From positions 1 through 35,819 of the forward strand of contig JAZDHK010000007.1 of NCBI GenBank assembly GCA_043806035.1: a DNA stretch of 35,819 nt, written 5' to 3'. The translations under genes and the position numbers were made by a program. Shown here piece by piece: positions 34,351-35,819 of this stretch (position 1 is the stretch's first letter; the number at the start of each line of letters is the position of its first letter). The notes beneath the pieces are model-generated. The model was not told where the DNA came from. It saw only the letters and a list, made by a program, of their open reading frames with translations, and searched no databases. This DNA is from an archaeon. Lineage in GTDB: Archaea > Nanobdellota > Nanobdellia > Woesearchaeales > UBA9642.

Positions 34351-35819
34351 ATGAAGGTGTGGGTAGTTGTTGCCGTACTTGCAGTCATTCTTCTCATTCC
34401 TTTCGTTCATGCAGATGTCGATGTGCGCATCAGAGGCAGTGCTGGTTTCGACGGGTACAGGCAAAGCACGGACGTAACAAATGTCCTTATCAGGAGCACG
34501 GGCAACATATCGTACGTGAGCAGCGACGACCAGCTGCTGCCCATTCCTTGCACGAGGAACGAATACTTTTACGAGTGTGCAATTACACTACCTGCAGACA
34601 CGAAAGAGCCAGGCATCAAGACCATCGTGGTGAATACGACACAGGAACTCTTCACAGACACATTCATCGTTGACGCTCAAGCACCCGTTGTCAGTGCAGA
34701 AACCACGCTCTCAGGAAGGATGGTGAACATCGCGTACAGCATCGCCGATGGCACAGGAGGGGATGGTGTGTGTTCTGGCATCAACAGGACAGACGTGTAT
34801 CTGAACCAGCAACTTGCCGAGACCATTCCCGGGCAGAACCTGCCAGGTTTTTGCAGTCAGGAAGGAACGCTCACCTTGACGTATAACGGTTCTGACCCGC
34901 ACGTGGATGTCTACTTGAGATCGTACGATAACGTCGGCCAGTACGCCGAGTCAGCACATGCAGAACAGATAGGAGACTATAACGAGCCAGTTATCAACAA
35001 CCAATTCACGATCTGGAACGGCAATGAGCAGATCACGCGTCTTTCTTTGAATCCTGAAAGCGCGCCTGTCGTCAGATTAGAGTTGCGTATTGATGATGCC
35101 AATCCCGTCACTGCTCGTGCTGACATTTCAGCGTTGAATCCTCTTGAAGGAACGCGCGACCTGAACTGCATCCAGGAACAGGAAGAATCGCTTTGCACAC
35201 TAAGTGGCATTACGTTGCAGCCGCAGTCAGACAACATCGTGATAGATGTCACTGCCGTTGATTCGTATGGTAACGAGGCAAGAGGAGAGAGCGGGCTTTC
35301 TGTCAGCGTCGTGAGCAACGCAGGCAGCGCAGGTAGGTTAGGACCTCCTGAAAGCCAATGCGACAGCACATGCTTTGTAGGTCCTACACCAACAAGATTC
35401 TTGCTCAACATTCCCACGGGATCGTCATTCTCGACAGCAAATGTCTTCTTTAATCTGGAAGATGTAGGGTGCGGGGCAAGGACGAAAGTGAGAGACTGCA
35501 TATTGTCCAGTGATGTGTGGACGTGTACGTCTCCGCTCATGACTCCCTCGATGCGAGGAGAGGGCAGCCCTGTCAGGATAAGCATCGCTGCGGGGTCAAC
35601 TGACGATTATGGCAATCCTCTCGAAACGGGGGTTTTGGATAGTATTTTGACATTCGATGCTGCAGCTCCACAATCGGCAAGCGCAGTAACAGAGAATTTG
35701 GAATGTCCCATCAATGGAGAGACGCTTGAGCTGAACGTGCTCGTCACAGAATCTACTTCCACAAAAGTGTTCATTGGAGCAAACGTAAGCAAGATAAGCA
35801 CTGATGCGTTTGTCGAGGA
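34351..35819 (+). CDS. Large secreted protein, paralog of 28359-31511 (runs off window end)
   Basis: Open frame missing from the ORF track: MKVWVVVAVLAVILLIPFVHA signal, DVRIRGS, QLLPIPC, QFTIW, SLNPES, GSTDDYGNPL shared with the paralog; TTTAAATA at about 34320. Confidence 0.88.
   Translation, partial: MKVWVVVAVLAVILLIPFVHADVDVRIRGSAGFDGYRQSTDVTNVLIRSTGNISYVSSDDQLLPIPCTRNEYFYECAITLPADTKEPGIKTIVVNTTQELFTDTFIVDAQAPVVSAETTLSGRMVNIAYSIADGTGGDGVCSGINRTDVYLNQQLAETIPGQNLPGFCSQEGTLTLTYNGSDPHVDVYLRSYDNVGQYAESAHAEQIGDYNEPVINNQFTIWNGNEQITRLSLNPESAPVVRLELRIDDANPVTARADISALNPLEGTRDLNCIQEQEESLCTLSGITLQPQSDNIVIDVTAVDSYGNEARGESGLSVSVVSNAGSAGRLGPPESQCDSTCFVGPTPTRFLLNIPTGSSFSTANVFFNLEDVGCGARTKVRDCILSSDVWTCTSPLMTPSMRGEGSPVRISIAAGSTDDYGNPLETGVLDSILTFDAAAPQSASAVTENLECPINGETLELNVLVTESTSTKVFIGANVSKISTDAFVE

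Overview
Archaeal chromosomal window, most likely a DPANN (Woesearchaeota-like) genome. Evidence: TATA-box promoters about 25 nt before many starts, a stand-alone 5S rRNA, a tRNA with bulge-helix-bulge introns and a class III (KG|Q) prepilin signal. Bases 1-24731 are a large surface-glycan locus: (i) an AT-rich cassette of a glycosyltransferase, two methyltransferases, a CDP-alcohol phosphotransferase and a flippase; (ii) an operon interleaving a PhnDCE phosphonate-type ABC importer with three cytidylyl/nucleotidyltransferases and a methyltransferase, with no PEP mutase or C-P lyase in view, suggesting phosphonate scavenging for surface decoration; (iii) a minus-strand cluster whose enzyme families match the lincosamide GDP-octose pathway one for one (transaldolase, SIS isomerase, GHMP kinase, nucleotidyltransferase-phosphatase fusion, epimerase, Cys-less UDP-Glc-dehydrogenase homolog, Gfo/Idh/MocA), with two SDRs and a small PRTase added; (iv) GT2s, a DPM1-like synthase, gmd and rmd. 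Next come a tRNA-Leu(CAA) with two introns, three coiled-coil hypotheticals, an internally deleted lamin-tail-domain pseudogene, scpB, and a cluster of large secreted Cys-rich proteins with a pilin-like protein. Family calls rest on motifs read by eye; no database searches were run.
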